This document shows, piece after piece, positions 15,687 through 29,918 of a DNA stretch of 64,000 nt. The stretch comes from the human T2T-CHM13v2.0 reference genome, Homo sapiens. The stretch lies in NCBI RefSeq assembly GCF_009914755.1, contig NC_060947.1; one strand, written 5' to 3'. Within the stretch, counting starts at the first letter, position 1. Every line of letters begins with the position of its first letter. A program made the position numbers and the translations under genes. The notes under the pieces were generated by a model that had not been told where the DNA came from, ran no database searches, and saw only the letters and a list, made by a program, of their open reading frames with translations.

Positions 15687-15989
15687 GATAGCATTGGTAA
15701 GGAGTACTATCTTCACCCTGCCATCCTGGCTGCACTGACACACATGGAACAAAATCAGCAAAGTCAGCACTCATTAATGTAGGTGAATTATTATGGATCT
15801 GTTTAGAAAGTGTCTGTTACATTCTGGTTAGCTTTGTTTCAATATTTATAATATTTAAGAGAAAGGAAACATAAAATGGAAATAAATGCCTTTGTGGAGA
15901 ATTCCTTCAGGAATTATCTTGCCCAAGAGTTTTAACAGAGCTTGATGGATTGTGGAATGTAAGATGAAATCATTAAGAGTTTAAAGTGA

Positions 15990-16481
15990 TTGGTTTTTTG
16001 TTCTTGCGATAGTTTACTGAGAATGATGATTTCCAATTTCATCCATGTCCCTACAAAGGACATGAACTCATCCTTTTTTATGGCTGCATAGTATTCCATG
16101 GTGTATATGTGCCACATTTTCTTAATCCAGTCTATCATTGTTGGACATTTGGGTTGGTTCCAAGTCTTTGCTATTGTGAATAATGCCGCAATAAACATAC
16201 GTGTGCATGTGTCTTTATAGCAGCATGATTTATTCTCACTCATAGGTGGGAACTGAACAATGAGATCACATGGACACAGGAAGGGGAATATCACACTCTG
16301 GGGACTGTGGTGGGGTGGGGGGAGGGGGGAGGGATAGCATTGGGAGATATACCTAATGCTAGATGACGAGTTAGTGGGTGCAGCGCACCAGCATGGCACA
16401 TGTATACATATGTAACTAACCTGCACAATGTGCACATGTACCCTAAAACTTAAAGTATAATAAAAAAAAAAAGAAAAAAAA
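15990..16481 (+). mobile_element. L1PA2 short insertion with 5' inversion (twin priming)
   Basis: Inverted segment 15990-~16231, then forward 3' UTR and poly(A); gatgacGAGttag and ttaAagtataa (not L1HS-Ta); perfect 15-bp TSD aagagtttaaagtga at 15975-15989 and 16482-16496. Confidence 0.93.
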
Positions 16482-16840
16482 AAGAGTTTAAAGTGAAAGG
16501 ACTCCACTGAATAGATTCAGCTCCGGCTCTGGTGAATTATCAAAAAGTGTGGGCTTTCATAGTGATCTTCTATGATTCAAGGGATCCATCCATGAGAAGT
16601 CCCTGGGCACCTGAAATGTGAATTACTGCCTGTAACTAGGATGACTTGGCATGGCAATTTGGAAAAGTCAGGCTATGTAATGGAACTAGCTGCTTTCGAG
16701 TTCTGCAATGTAGATTACAAATAACTGGAGCACATTAGAGCCTGAAAAAGCCCTTTGGAAGCCTGAGAATAGGCTCAAGTGGGTAGAAGGAGGTGAAGAA
16801 CAGTTCCTGGAACTGCATAAACTCTCAGCAATATTTGCTA

Positions 16841-17171
<331 letters not shown>

Positions 17172-17419
17172 CCTAACCTGAGTACAGTGTCACCTTGGTA
17201 GCAATGGGGAAGATAATGGACGCCTAGGCAACAGGCAACAGCTTCTATCAGGCACTGAGCTAGAGACCTGTCTCAGCCTAGGACTCACCAGTAGCTGAAG
17301 AGCTGCAGGACCACCTGAGACCTAAGGGGGAGGAGGAGCCTATGAGAAGGTGGAAATGACTGAGTGGTATCCTGCCTCTCAGAAAAAGCACCAACTACGC
17401 ACAACTAAAGCCCACCTGG

Positions 17420-18049
17420 TACTTTAACACTACAATCTCATTGGCATATATAGAACAATTGAACAAACAACAGCAGAATACACATTTTTCCAGAATCCAT
17501 GAAATATTCACCCAGATAGAATATATTTTCAATCATTAAACATACCTTTTCAAGCTTAAGATAATTGAAATCATACAGAGAATGTTGCCTGCTCATAATA
17601 AAATCTAACTAGAAATCAGTATCAGAATGAAAACAAGAAATTTTCTAAACATAGAGATTAATAAACATACATCCAAATAATCTCTAGGAAAAGGAAATGA
17701 TCCCAAAGTAAAATAAAAATTACACACCACTGAATGATAACGAAACTCGAAAGTATTATGATAAATGTTAATGCAACTAAAGCAACAATGAAAGGAAAAT
17801 TCATAGCATGATATGTTTAGATTGAAAAATAAAAGGTTCCAAATCAATAATCTAAGTTTTTTCCTCAAAAAATTAGAATAAGTTGAGCAAAATAAACAAA
17901 AAGCAAACATAAGGAAATAAATAATACAGACAAGAAATTATTCATATCTAAAACAGAAAAACAATAGAGAAATGAAACACAAAGCTGTTTCTTTGAAAAA
18001 TTTGGACAAAATTTAAAAGCCTCTAACAAAGCTGGCAAAATGAAACACC

Positions 18050-18088
<39 letters not shown>

Positions 18089-18350
18089 CCAATATCAGGG
18101 TTGAAAATGAGAATATCACTAAAGATCCTGCAGCCATTTAAACGACTATAAACAAATATTGCAAAAAAATTTACACTCATAAATTCAATGACTTAGAATA
18201 AATAGATCAATTTCTCAAAAACTGTATCAATATCAATACCCTGCTTGTAATACTGTACTATAGCTTTGCCAGATTTTAACATTTGGGAAAACTAAACTAT
18301 GAACAGAATTTCTCTGTATTATTTCTTACAATAGCATGTGAATCCATACT
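17420..18350 (+). mobile_element. Old L1M ORF2 fragment joined to an L1MC-like 3' end; contains (CA)n at ~18048-18087
   Basis: aacagcagaatacacattttt (endonuclease region), ataaattcaatgacttaga; then ctctgtattatttcttacaatagcatgtgaatc. Confidence 0.7.
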
Positions 18351-18385
18351 CATCACATCACCCCCCCCGAATATTTACTTTTTAA

Positions 18386-18703
<318 letters not shown>

Positions 18704-18704
18704 T

Positions 18705-19092
18705 TAAAAAGACTTGAAAGGTAAGGGAGATTCAAAATGAGAATCTCCATTGCTGCCTTTGAAGGTGGTGGGAGCCACATAGCAAGGACTTGCTAATGGC
18801 CTCTAAGAGCTGAGGGTAAACCTCGGCCAACAGCCAGCAAGAAAACAGTGACCTCAGTTCTATAGTCACAAGGAACTGAATTCTACTAACTACCTAAATG
18901 AGCTTGGAAGTGGGTTCTTCCTTAGTCCCCTAGATGAGAATACCACCGATTTCAGGCCTATAAGACCTTGAAGAGAGATCTAGTAAAACCTTGCCAGTAT
19001 TCTGACCTATAACACTGTAAATTAATAAAGAGATGTTGTTTTAAGCCATTAAGTTTGTGATAATTCCATATGCGAGAATAGAAGACTAATAC
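18705..19092 (+). mobile_element. MLT1D/E-like LTR, 3' part
   Basis: acagccagcaagaaaacagtgacctcagt...aaggaactgaattc...taagccattaagtttgtg...actaataca. Confidence 0.8.
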
Positions 19093-19279
19093 AACTTCTC
19101 ACCTAGGATCTTTCCTGTGTCTAGGCAAAGAGTAAATTTGAGTCCTAGTCAAGTAAATGGCTCAATGTCTTGGTTCTAGGTGTACTCTGACCTTATTATT
19201 GTGATGGTACTGCAGAAAATGCAGTTCTTGACTTTTGACTTAATTTTTTTCATTCACTCTTTTCATTTGTTCATTCTTT

Positions 19280-19436
19280 CTTTCCTTTTTCTTTTTCTTT
19301 TCTTTTTTTTTTTTTTTTTTTTTTTTTGTAGAGAATGGGTTTCGCCATGTTGACCAGGCTGGTCTGGAATTCCTGGATCCGCTTGTGTTGGCCTGCCAAA
19401 GTGCTGGGATTACAGGCCTGAGCCACCACATCCAGC
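19280..19436 (-). mobile_element. Alu left monomer (FLAM-like) with long T-rich tail
   Basis: gtagagaatgggtttcgccatgttg...aaagtgctgggattacagg. Confidence 0.8.
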
Positions 19437-21127
19437 CTAAATTCTTGAACTTTGAGAATTATTTTCCACTAGAATAGAATCCGTTCCTAATTCCTAATGT
19501 TGAAGGTCCAAGTAGACAATGTCCTTCCCATGTAAACATTCACTAATATCTCCTCTCTCTGACCTTACTTCACATAAACCTATCCAACCTTATCAGTGTA
19601 TGCTACTCGTATCAAAATTCTGATTGAATACCCTGGCTTTCAAATTATGGAGCCTGCTATATTTTGCTTTAAAGCAATTGTTGAGTATTATAATGACCCC
19701 CAAATCATATCTACCCTTCTAAATACAAAAAGTAGAGAATATTTGTACCTGAATCTTCAAGCACCATCTAATCTTTGTTTATTATGTTAAAATCTATCAG
19801 TTTAAATCTATAGCATTGATTCTACTAGTAATTTTAAGCCTATTTCCTTCTTAAGAATTTTCTTATATTTTATTTTTTTAATTTTATTTATTCATTTATT
19901 TTTAAATTTATATTTATTTATGTTGACCTAATTACAAAATACTAAACCTTATCTGATTAATAAATTCTTTCTGAAAGAAATTATAGATCATGGATAGGGT
20001 GTTTGATAGCAATGTAAAATACATTCTTTTTGGCTAACCATGATTAAAAAAAAAGTATGTCCTACATCTTCCACAAAAAAAATAAATATAGAGATTTTGC
20101 CATAGTTGCTGTAAAACTTGACTGCCTACCAATATGAACATTATTAGCCCTGTACATACTTGCAGTTTTACAAAGAAATGAGATGTCTCTCTTGAGTAAT
20201 GTTACCTTATATAAATTTCCTTTTATTTCTTCTGTATCTTTATCTTCAAAATATTCTTTAAAATAAGTAACCAAGCATTTTACATGTTTCCAATGTATGA
20301 GAGGGCAGTGTTTGTATCCCTTCCATGAGAAGTTTTCTGGTTTGAGTCTTTGAATGGAAATCTGACTTGTATTGTTTTTCTGTCACTTCATTTAAGATTT
20401 GAAAGTTCTTTCTTATCCTATCTCAGACCTTTTCATCATGGAACAATAAGAGAATCTCTTTTGTGTGACACTTGAGACTCCCTTTTTAGTCATTAAACAG
20501 TGTCTTTAACATCACTTCAAAATCTTTGGATGCTTGGACAGCATTTGCAGAAAATTCATTTTTCCCTCATCCATCATTCTTCCAGGACTGAGACTATTCA
20601 TCAGCCAACTGTGAGTTTTGGGTTTTCCATTCTGACATCACTAGTCATGAAGAAGCAACCAACCCCTGTCCTTGTTGTCATCTATTAGGATAATGTATTT
20701 CTTTTTTTAGTAGCACTTGTGACTACCTAAAGTAGATTTATTATTTATCTTGTGCTTGTTTCTTTTGCCACTCTGACCTCAAAATAAAAGTTCCAAAACA
20801 CTCTTTTATTGTTGTAACGAATACTACAATTCTAAAGACTAGCCCAGCTTATTGCATACAGTATATATTCAATTATTACATGTCAAATGAGTAAAAATTC
20901 TTCCGTAGAAACTTTTTGGTTCTGTTTCAGAATGTTTGGCTGATGTCAGCATATATACTTATTTTTACCCTTTACTCTCTAAAGAAAATTCAGTTTCATA
21001 TTATTACCTAGCATTCTGGATTTGATCTACTTCAGCCTATACTTCTCTTACTTAGTTAACATATTTGCATGGTATCTCTTGTCTGTTAAGTTAAAATATC
21101 TGCCAAATTGATTCCAAACTAGTAGTT

Positions 21128-22350
21128 CCTGCATTCAACACTTATAATCCTTACTGAGAATATGGCAGGCCAGCTGCTGGATGCTAGGGATGGAGTTAGG
21201 AACTGGAGTGTTTATCATGAAGAAATGGGTTGAATTTTAACGAAGGAAGTGAATAAACATATAATGACCCTCTGTGTGATAGATGCCCTGATAGAGATTC
21301 AGACACACCGTGTAATGGAATGATGTTGAAAGAGTGGTTCACAGTAATAAAAGGTCAAATCTCCCTAAATTTAGATGATACCTGAAATGTATCTTATAGG
21401 ACTAGTAGCAACTAGGTAATGGAATGAGGACATGAATTTTATTCTAAACCAAGTGAACAATGCACGCCACAGTAGAGATGCATATTCAGGGAGCAGTAAA
21501 CAAAACACTTTGACTCAATCATCATAGTCTGGGGTAGGAGAGGAAGAGGTCTGAATACTTTAGCAAAAGATGAAGAGATGAGGCCACAGAGGTAATAAGT
21601 GGCCTTGTCTATCATGCTAAAGGGCTGAATTAGATCTTCTACACAATGCATAGCCCATGTGATTTTAGTAATAGGAATAAAAAGATTCTATTTTTGCAAT
21701 TACCATACTAGAGCAGAGGTGTGAAAAATAGATTGTAGCCAAGTTAATTGTCCCACTTATGGAGTGGTGGCATTAATTAGATGAAAAATATATAAAGTCT
21801 TGAAATAAGGCTGTGGTAGTTGGGATGTGTATTGTATGGAAACAGATTTAAGAAATAATAAAGAAGCAGGGTCAAGCAAATTTGGTGACTGCTTGGATGA
21901 TTTAAAGATAACCCCAAATGTATGATTTAGGTGACTGTATGGATTGTGGGAGGCTCCACTATCATAACAAATTGAGCACACTTGGTTTGTCACAGTAGAG
22001 ACAGAGATGTTAATTCAGCTGGGATCTCTGAGATTGGAGATTCAGAATCAGGTTGAGTGTCAATGTCTATCTAGCTATGAGGAAACATCAAGTATGCTTA
22101 TAAAATTAGAATAAAGATGCTAATTGAAATCAAAGAAGTAGAAAATATTGCCTGTACAAGTATGTTCAGTGGTAATAGAGGAGGAAAATGGATACAATCC
22201 CTTGGAACAGGAGCAATTACAAGGTAGACAGAGGGAAAGGAAAGAGAAAAGATAACCAAGATAGGAAACAAAAGAGGAGAGAGAAAAGCTCAATAATGTA
22301 ACATAAGCCTCCCAAAATAGAATACTTTCAGAAGAAGAGGACGTCAAGAG
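21128..22350 (-). mobile_element. L2 fragments
   Basis: cattcaacac...ggatgctagggat (L2 3' end, reversed), followed by purine-rich L2 body motifs (aatttggtgactgcttggat). Confidence 0.55.
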
Positions 22351-23579
22351 TCCACTGAAAGAAATTTCTTTAGCTTAAAAATAGTTAAATATCTTTTAAA
22401 AAATTAAAACACTCTATTAGAAACATGATTTTAAATAAATGCCTAGAATTCTGCTATATGGCTATAAATCCCATTTATTAGAAATTAGAATACAGTTGAA
22501 CATTTAATGTTTATTTATTTTTGCTATCTTACACACCACTGAAGAAATCCTTGTGGATATGTACATATATTCTCTGAAAAGAAATTTACAGTTGTAAATA
22601 TTACCAAGTAAAAAGCTATCAACTGTCTCAAGGCTTTTGATATACAGGCCAGAATGTCAAAAGAAATTAACAATTTACTTTCACTCCAACAATTTTCAAG
22701 GTTTTCCAAGCAGTATGTTATTACCAATGTTGTCTTTTATATCACAGCAAACAACAAAGGCAATAGCACACATGTATCAAAATATCCCACGTCACCCAAT
22801 AAAATTCACAATTAATTATAAACAAAATAAAATTTTAAAAAGCAATTTTCAACTACTCCAAAAAGAAATATTTATCAAAATAATAGACAAAATATTTATT
22901 GCTTTAATTTTAATTTATTTGATTTGTAGTGAGGCTAAATTTGTCAAATCACAATTGAAACTGGTCAATTTCCTGGTTGTTACTTGCCATCTTTTAAAAT
23001 GGCGTGATAGTTTTTTTCTTATTTTGTAATAAATCATATCAATTTTAAATATGTATCTATACTTATGTATTTTATATCTACACTCAAAATATAATATATA
23101 GATATTGTTATTACCTTGTCAAAAAGCTTGCTTGTGTGTTGTAGTTTGTTATCTGCCTTTATAATTTTATAATTCTGTTAATTTCCTGTGAGTAATACAA
23201 CACAATGTTAAATCTATTATTTTTTCATGACTATTTCTTCTCTTGCTTATATACATAAAATAGACATAAAAGGTAATTCATCATTTAGAAATTTGATAAA
23301 TAAATGAATATTTTATCTAATTTAGGAATTAGATAAAAATTTAATTTTTAAAATTTATATAATATTTTTATTTAACTCTTTAATCCTTCTGAAATGTATG
23401 TATTGATTCTCAGGTAGAAATTCCCTAGTTAACATGGTATAGTATTGAGACTCATATCTAGCACCCTCTTAATGCTTCTAATTAAATAGTAATTCTACCA
23501 ATGTTCTAATATTAAATGTAAAATTGCTAATTTGTTTAAAGAAGATACTCTCCATTATGTTAAAAAAAGTGTTACTATA

Positions 23580-25130
23580 GAAAGATATCAGAAATTACAG
23601 AAATAAATGGAAAATCATTCTATGCTTATGGACTGAAAGAATCAATATCGCTCAAAGCAATTTATAGATTCTAGGCTATTCCAATCAACCTACCAACAAC
23701 ATTCTTCACAGAACTAGAAAAAAAAAAGATTCTAAAATGTATATAGAACCAAAAAAAGGGCACTAATAGCAATCCTAAGCAAAAAGAACAAAGCCAGGAG
23801 CATCACACTATCGGGCTTTAAAGCTACAATAACCAAAATGGCATGGTGCAGACACAAAAACAAACACATAGACCAACAAAACAGAACAGAAAACTCAGAA
23901 ATAAAGCCAAATACATACAACCACCTTGTCTTCAATGAGGCCAACAAAAACAAGCAATGGGGAAAGGACTTCCTATTCAGTATATGGTGCTGTGATAGCT
24001 GTCTAGCCATACGCAGAAAAATGAAACTTGATTCTTATACCTCTTATCATACACAAAAATTAACTCAAGATAGATTAAAGATTTAAATGTAAGACCTCAA
24101 ACTATAAAAATCCTAGAAGAAAACCTAGGAAATGCCCTTCTCAACATTGGCCTTGGCAAAGAATTTTTGGCTAAGTCCCCAAAAGCAACGGCAATAAAAA
24201 CAAAAATTGACAAGTGGGACCTAGTTAAACTAAAGAACTTCTGCACAGCAGAAGACAGTATCAACAGAGTAAACAGATAACCTACAGAATCAGAGAAAAC
24301 ATTTGCAAACTATGAATCCAACTAAGGTCTGAGATCTAGAATCTATAGGGAACTTAAACCAACAAGCAAAAACAAAGAACTGCATTGAAAAATGGTCAAA
24401 GAACATGAAAAAACGCTTCTCAAGAGGACATACAAGCAGCCAACAGAAGCAAATCAAAACCACAATGAGATACCATTGCACACTAGTCAGAATGACTATT
24501 ACTAAAAAGTCAAAAAACAACAGATGCTGGTGAGGCTACAGAGAAAAGGGAATGCTTATATACAATTGCTGGGGATGTAAACTAGTTCAGTCACTGTGGA
24601 AAGCAGTTTGGTGATTTCTCAAAGAATTTAAAACAGAGCTACTGTTCAACCCAGCAATCCCATTACTAGGCATATATCCAAAGGAAACTAGATCATTATG
24701 CCAAAAAAAAAACCACATATGCACTCATATGTTCATCACAGCAGTATTCACAATAGCAAAGACATGGAATCAACCTTGGTGTTCGTCCATGGTGGACTGG
24801 ATAAAGAAAATGTGGTACACGTACCATGGGATACTACAGAGCGATAAAAAATGAAATCATGTCCTTTGCAGCAACATGAATGGAGCTGGATGTCAGAATC
24901 TTAAGTGAACTAATGCAGGAACAGAAATCCAAATACCCCACGTTTTCACTTATAAGTGGGAGCTAAACATTGAGCACACACGGACATAAATATGGGAAGA
25001 GTAGGTACTGTGGACTACTAGAAGCAGGAGGGAGAGAGAGGAGTAAAGCATGGGTTGATAAATTAATTATTAGGAAGGGGGCAATATGCCCTGTGACAAA
25101 CCTACACATGTACCCCCGTATCTAAAACAA
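23580..25130 (+). mobile_element. Old L1PA15/16- or L1PB-like 3' fragment (end of ORF2 plus 3' UTR)
   Basis: ORF 23838-24086 resembles ORF2p (HIDQQNRTENSEI...NKQWGKD); 3' UTR ends acatgtacccccgtatctaaaa. Confidence 0.85.
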
Positions 25131-25529
25131 ATTATGTAATTTGTAAAAAATTATATATTCCAAAGGAAAAAAGATGTCAGTCATTTACAGCTTAAGACTG
25201 GAAACTGATGTTAAATTTTGCAAAAATGACTGTTGGGAATGTATTATGGCTGATTAAATTATTAGCAGTATTATTTTTGTTGCTCCTGAATTAGTAGAAT
25301 AAACCTTGTTTGGGTTTGTTTTTCTACAGTTTCAAATTGGCCTCCAGTTTTAATTAATGTATTAGGTGCTAATGTCAGAATTTTCTTCTTTCTGTAAAAT
25401 AAATTTGAATTTTTTCCCAAAAATCTCAGTTGTAATTTTTATGATTTGAGAATTATTTGTTCTTTGACCATTATTTATTTCTTACTTATTAAGGAAAACA
25501 CTATATTCAGAGTTGTTTGTATTTATTTA

Positions 25530-28500
25530 TTGGATCATTTATCAGTCTCTTTCATGATGGTTTTCAACTTTCTTTGGTTGTCTCCTTGAGGAGCTTAACA
25601 ATCAACCTTCTGAATTCTTTTTCTTGTGTTTCAATGACTTTATCTTGGTTGGATTCCATTAACTGGAGAGGTAGTATGATATTTTGGGGGTGTTATAGAA
25701 CCATGATTTTTCATATTACTAGTGTCACTTTTCTGGTTCCTCCTCATTTGGGTAGAGTATTTCTTCTAATTATTCTTAAATTTATGTTTGATTTGACTTT
25801 AAAAAAATTTTTCCCCTTAAGGATGTGACTTTAATGCTTATAGTTAATTATACCCTAATTCAATTCTTGGTGCTTTCATGAGTGAATACTGAGTAAGAAT
25901 TCCTAGGTTATAGAGCATCTTTGTATGATAGCTTTCTCACATGCTGGTTGTAGTAGCAATGTGCTTGCTGTGTGAGCAAGTTCACTTTCTCCTACGGGGT
26001 TGGAATGGTAGAGGTCTCCTGAAGGTTATCTCATTCCCTTGTGGCATGTACTTTTTAAATTTATTTTTTTTTCAGCATTTTACTTACTGGTTTGATGGTT
26101 CAGGCATTAGGTCAGTAGGGGAGGTGTCCCTGGGTAGGAACAGGTTGTGGGTAAAGTAGATGGGTAAATTCAATAGCCAGTGGTGGGCAAAGGTAACAGC
26201 ATTGATAGAAGTGGCTGGGGGAGCTCTCAGTGAGTCTCTCTGAGTTCTCATCAGAGGGAAGGGTTGGAGCCACCTCAGCTCCCCTGCCAAGTCAGCAGGA
26301 AAGCTATTCACCTCTCAGACATATTGCTGTCCCAGTGGTCTGGCTATGTAGATCTGACGGGCACCATTTTTCATCTGTAGAAAAGTTAATGTTCCAAGCA
26401 GAGAGAAATTATGACTCTGTCTCTTGTGCAAACCTGAACGTGGAGGATGCTCCTCTTGAGGAGATGCAGTTACCCAGAAGTTCTCCAGAAAGGTTGTTAA
26501 TAGCTGTAGCCATGCTGAGCTCCTGTGGGAGAAGCCCTGATATGGTTTGGCTGTGTCCCCACTCAAATCCCATCTTGAATTACAGCTCTCACAATTCCCA
26601 AGTGTCACGGGAGGGACCCAGTGGGAGGTAATTGAATCACGGGGGTGGGCATTTCCCATGCTGTTCTCGTGATAGTGAATAAGTCTCATGAGATCTGATG
26701 GTTTTATAAAGAGGAGTTCCCCTGAACAAGTTCTCTGTTCCATGCCATCATGTAAGATGTGACTTGCTCCTCCTTGGCTTCAACCATGATTGTGAGGTCT
26801 CCCCAGCCATGTGGAATGGTGAGTCAATTAAACATCTTTTCTTTATAAATTATCCAGGTATGTCTTTATCAGAAACATGAAAGCAGATTAATACAAGCCG
26901 CAACTCTGCCTGTGTTGTTGATGAAAGAGTGGGGAAAGACATCCCTTCTCCAAGACCCTTCACGTGCACCAGGGCTGTCTGATTGTTCATCACTGCAACA
27001 GTGCCTCTGCTGAAATAAATTTCCCACCAGTGGAAAGATCTGGTGCTCAAGGCTTTCCATCTAATTATTTTTTGTCCCAGTGGGGTGTTCCCTTGATGTG
27101 GTGCACTACCCCTTACCCTGGGAGTGGGAGTCCCTGGGAACCAGACTACTGTGAATTTTGTGGCTCCTCTGGGTCTAGCTATCTAGTGAAGTTGCCCCAC
27201 TCCAGATTGATGCTGAGGAATGTCTGTAAGGGATCCGGTGATGTGAGCTTTCCTCATGTCTCCCAGTGGTGAATAGCCTCCCAGTGGTTATACACAGCCT
27301 TAGAGTGTTGGCTTTTTCAAACACCAGTTATAGCAACAATGAAATAGTCATGTGGACGGACTCAGGACCTCCTGGTTAGCCAGAGTTGTGTAAGCAGTTG
27401 TGATAGCTGAGGTCACGCAGTTGTTTTCTCCTGCCTGTGTGCAGTGTTACTCCACCAGAAGATGCTGTAATGGACTGTGTTGGTTGATCTTCAGCCAGGA
27501 GGTGACACTTACAAAAGAGCACCAGCTGTGCTATTAGTAGTGGGGTTTTTCTTGCCTTGTGCTTCCCAGGGGTGGGGTACTCTGGTTTATTAGGCAATTG
27601 GCAGGACCATATCACTCCCCAAAGTTCCTTTGTGTTAAGCTACCAGGGCAAACGTCAGGGCAAAGTCAGGTGAGGGCTGGGTCAGGCGGGTTTGCACTCT
27701 GACCCTCTGTGTTCAGAACAAGCACCAGCCCTTGCGGGTGTTTGGGAAATGGAAGCAGTTCCCAGGCCACTTGGATGATGTCCAGAGGGGAGTGTTTCTC
27801 CCTCTGCTGCACAGAAGAGTTCATGCAGGGAGTGGGGAGTAGCAGGAGGAGGTAAGTCCCTCACAGATCCCACACACTACGTGAGGCATATCTACTTCTG
27901 CAGTGTTCCACTGGCAGCAGTGAGCTAAGTTTCAGGTCAGTCTGCACTCAAAACTTGCAACTGTCCCAGGTCATAAGCTATACATGTGGAAATAGCAACT
28001 GTGGCATTCAGGCCATGCCCCTCCCTGTCTGCCCTGCAAAGCTAGGTGCCTGGCTCCTGCACTCGTGGCTGCAGCCCACTTTTTGCTCACCACCCCCATT
28101 ATCTCCACCAAAGGTTATATCATGAAACCCGGTTGAAGGCTTCTTTCAACCTGCAACCACAGCCTGAACTATTTATTTGGCTGAACTCCGCAAGGTCAAC
28201 TGTGAGGAACAATAAGGAACGGTTTCCCTCAGTCCACGCTAGAGATTGGTAGTGCACGCAAGGGTCTTCGCGCTGCTGCTCCTACTTTTATATTCCATGA
28301 CCCTACTCAAGTCAGTTCCTGTGCTGGGTAGGGTTCGTGCCTTCTTCCACGGCCTGGAATTGTAGGATCTCCAGTGAGAATGTATATCCCGGAGGCAGTT
28401 TCACCCCCTCTCACACACCCTGACTACTTGTAGCCCTTCTGATTCACAGTGTAGGCAGCAGGCTGCTGTTTCCTTCAAAGGGTCTGTAAATTCCTTTGGT

Positions 28501-28645
28501 TTTCCTGTTCAGTTCCTGCATTTCTTCTTGAAAAAATGTTCATAGTGTGAACCCCACCCCTGGGAAGCATAAGGAAATACACACCATTTTGTCCTTTCAA
28601 GTGGGAGAGGTATGCTAGCAATGTCTGTAATCTGCAATCTTGGAA
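25530..28645 (-). mobile_element. L1PB/L1MA-type 5' UTR plus start of ORF1, interrupted by a THE1 LTR
   Basis: Minus strand starts caagattgcagattacagacattgctagcatacctctcccac; left end has ORF1-like aagaattcagaaggttgattgttaagctcctcaaggag. Confidence 0.7.
26538..26895 (+). mobile_element. THE1 (B/C-like) solo LTR
   Basis: tgatatggtttggctgtgtcccc...attaataca; 5-bp TSD agccc/agccg. Confidence 0.92.
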
Positions 28646-29614
28646 AAAAAAGAATTACTTTTCATACAGTATCATTTTAATTTGTTATGGATATAATGTT
28701 TTATCATATTTTTCTAATATGAATTTTCTAGCTCTTTTCTATTTCCTGAATATGCTTGTTTCTCCCAGGATTTGTTTCACTGGGTTTTTAAAATATTTAT
28801 CTTATTCTCTTTTGTGTCACACCTCTCTCAAATATTTCAGTAAACACTTATGGAGCACCTACTCTGGGCAGGCCAGTATTCTGAGTGCAACAATAATGTA
28901 GTGAAAAATACAAAATCTTTGCTTTCTATGAAGTTACATTCTTCTTGACATCTAACAATGTTTTGTTTTGTATTCACAGTCAAGGATGAGAACCATGAGC
29001 TCTGATTATGTGGTTAGAGTTTGGCTTCTGAAATGCTTACTTTTCCTATGAAAATAGTGGAGATCTGCCACTACTCTGAATATCTACAAATGTTGAAAGA
29101 ATGAGGTTTTGTTCTGAGGACCTAACAACCACCCTAAGCATTGTAGTTCTACCTGGAGATAGTGTTTTCATTTCTAAAAAAAAAAAAAAAAAAAAAAAAC
29201 AACCCTTTAAAAATAAGCATTGGTAAATGAATAGTTAAATGTCATTCTGTCAGGAATTTTGCTTGAGAGAAAAGCTATAAAGGTTAAGTGAGTGACTCTG
29301 TTACACATAGACTTTCAGTCTACTTCTCCCTCTTGACATCATGAGCTATTCAGACCTTCTTTTGGGCAGATATACATCGCCGAAGCTGTAGCCCTTTCCT
29401 TGTATATTTTAGGAGGGGTTTCTTTTTCTTTCAAATTTCAGAATTATTTATCTTCAGAGGCAAAGGTAATGGCTGTGTATGACCAGCCAACAAACATCTT
29501 GAACCAGTGCCTACTTTTTTTGTATTTTTTAAAAATCCAATATAAATTAATTTTATAATTCAGCAATAGGGAGTTTCAGAGGTTTCATTTTTTTCATTTT
29601 TTTCTTTTCTTTTC

Positions 29615-29615
29615 T

Positions 29616-29650
<35 letters not shown>

Positions 29651-29918
29651 TTGAGACAGGATCTCACTCTATCACCCAGGCTGGAGTGCAGTAGAGTGAT
29701 CACAGCTCACTGCAGCCAGGACCTCATGAGCTCAAACAATCTCATGTAGCTGGGACTACAGGTGCACACCATCACACTGTGCTAATTTCTTTATTTTTTG
29801 TAGAGACAGGTTACCGTCATGTTTCCCAGGCTGGTCTCAAACACCTGGGCTCAAGCAATCTACCTGCTTTGGCCTCCCAAAGTGCTGGGATTACAGGTGT
29901 GACCCAACATGACCGGCT
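29615..29918 (-). mobile_element. AluJ with (TTTA)n tail
   Basis: gagacaggatctcactct...gatcacagctcactgcagcc...gggctcaagcaatc. Confidence 0.88.

Noticed and set aside
22637-23029. 130-aa ORF, and similar AT-rich ORFs at 1546, 6217 and 45446
   Set aside because: No recognisable domain or exon structure; consistent with chance ORFs in AT-rich or degraded repeat DNA
29176-29199. Isolated A24 run as a retrocopy tail
   Set aside because: No upstream AATAAA and no TSD found
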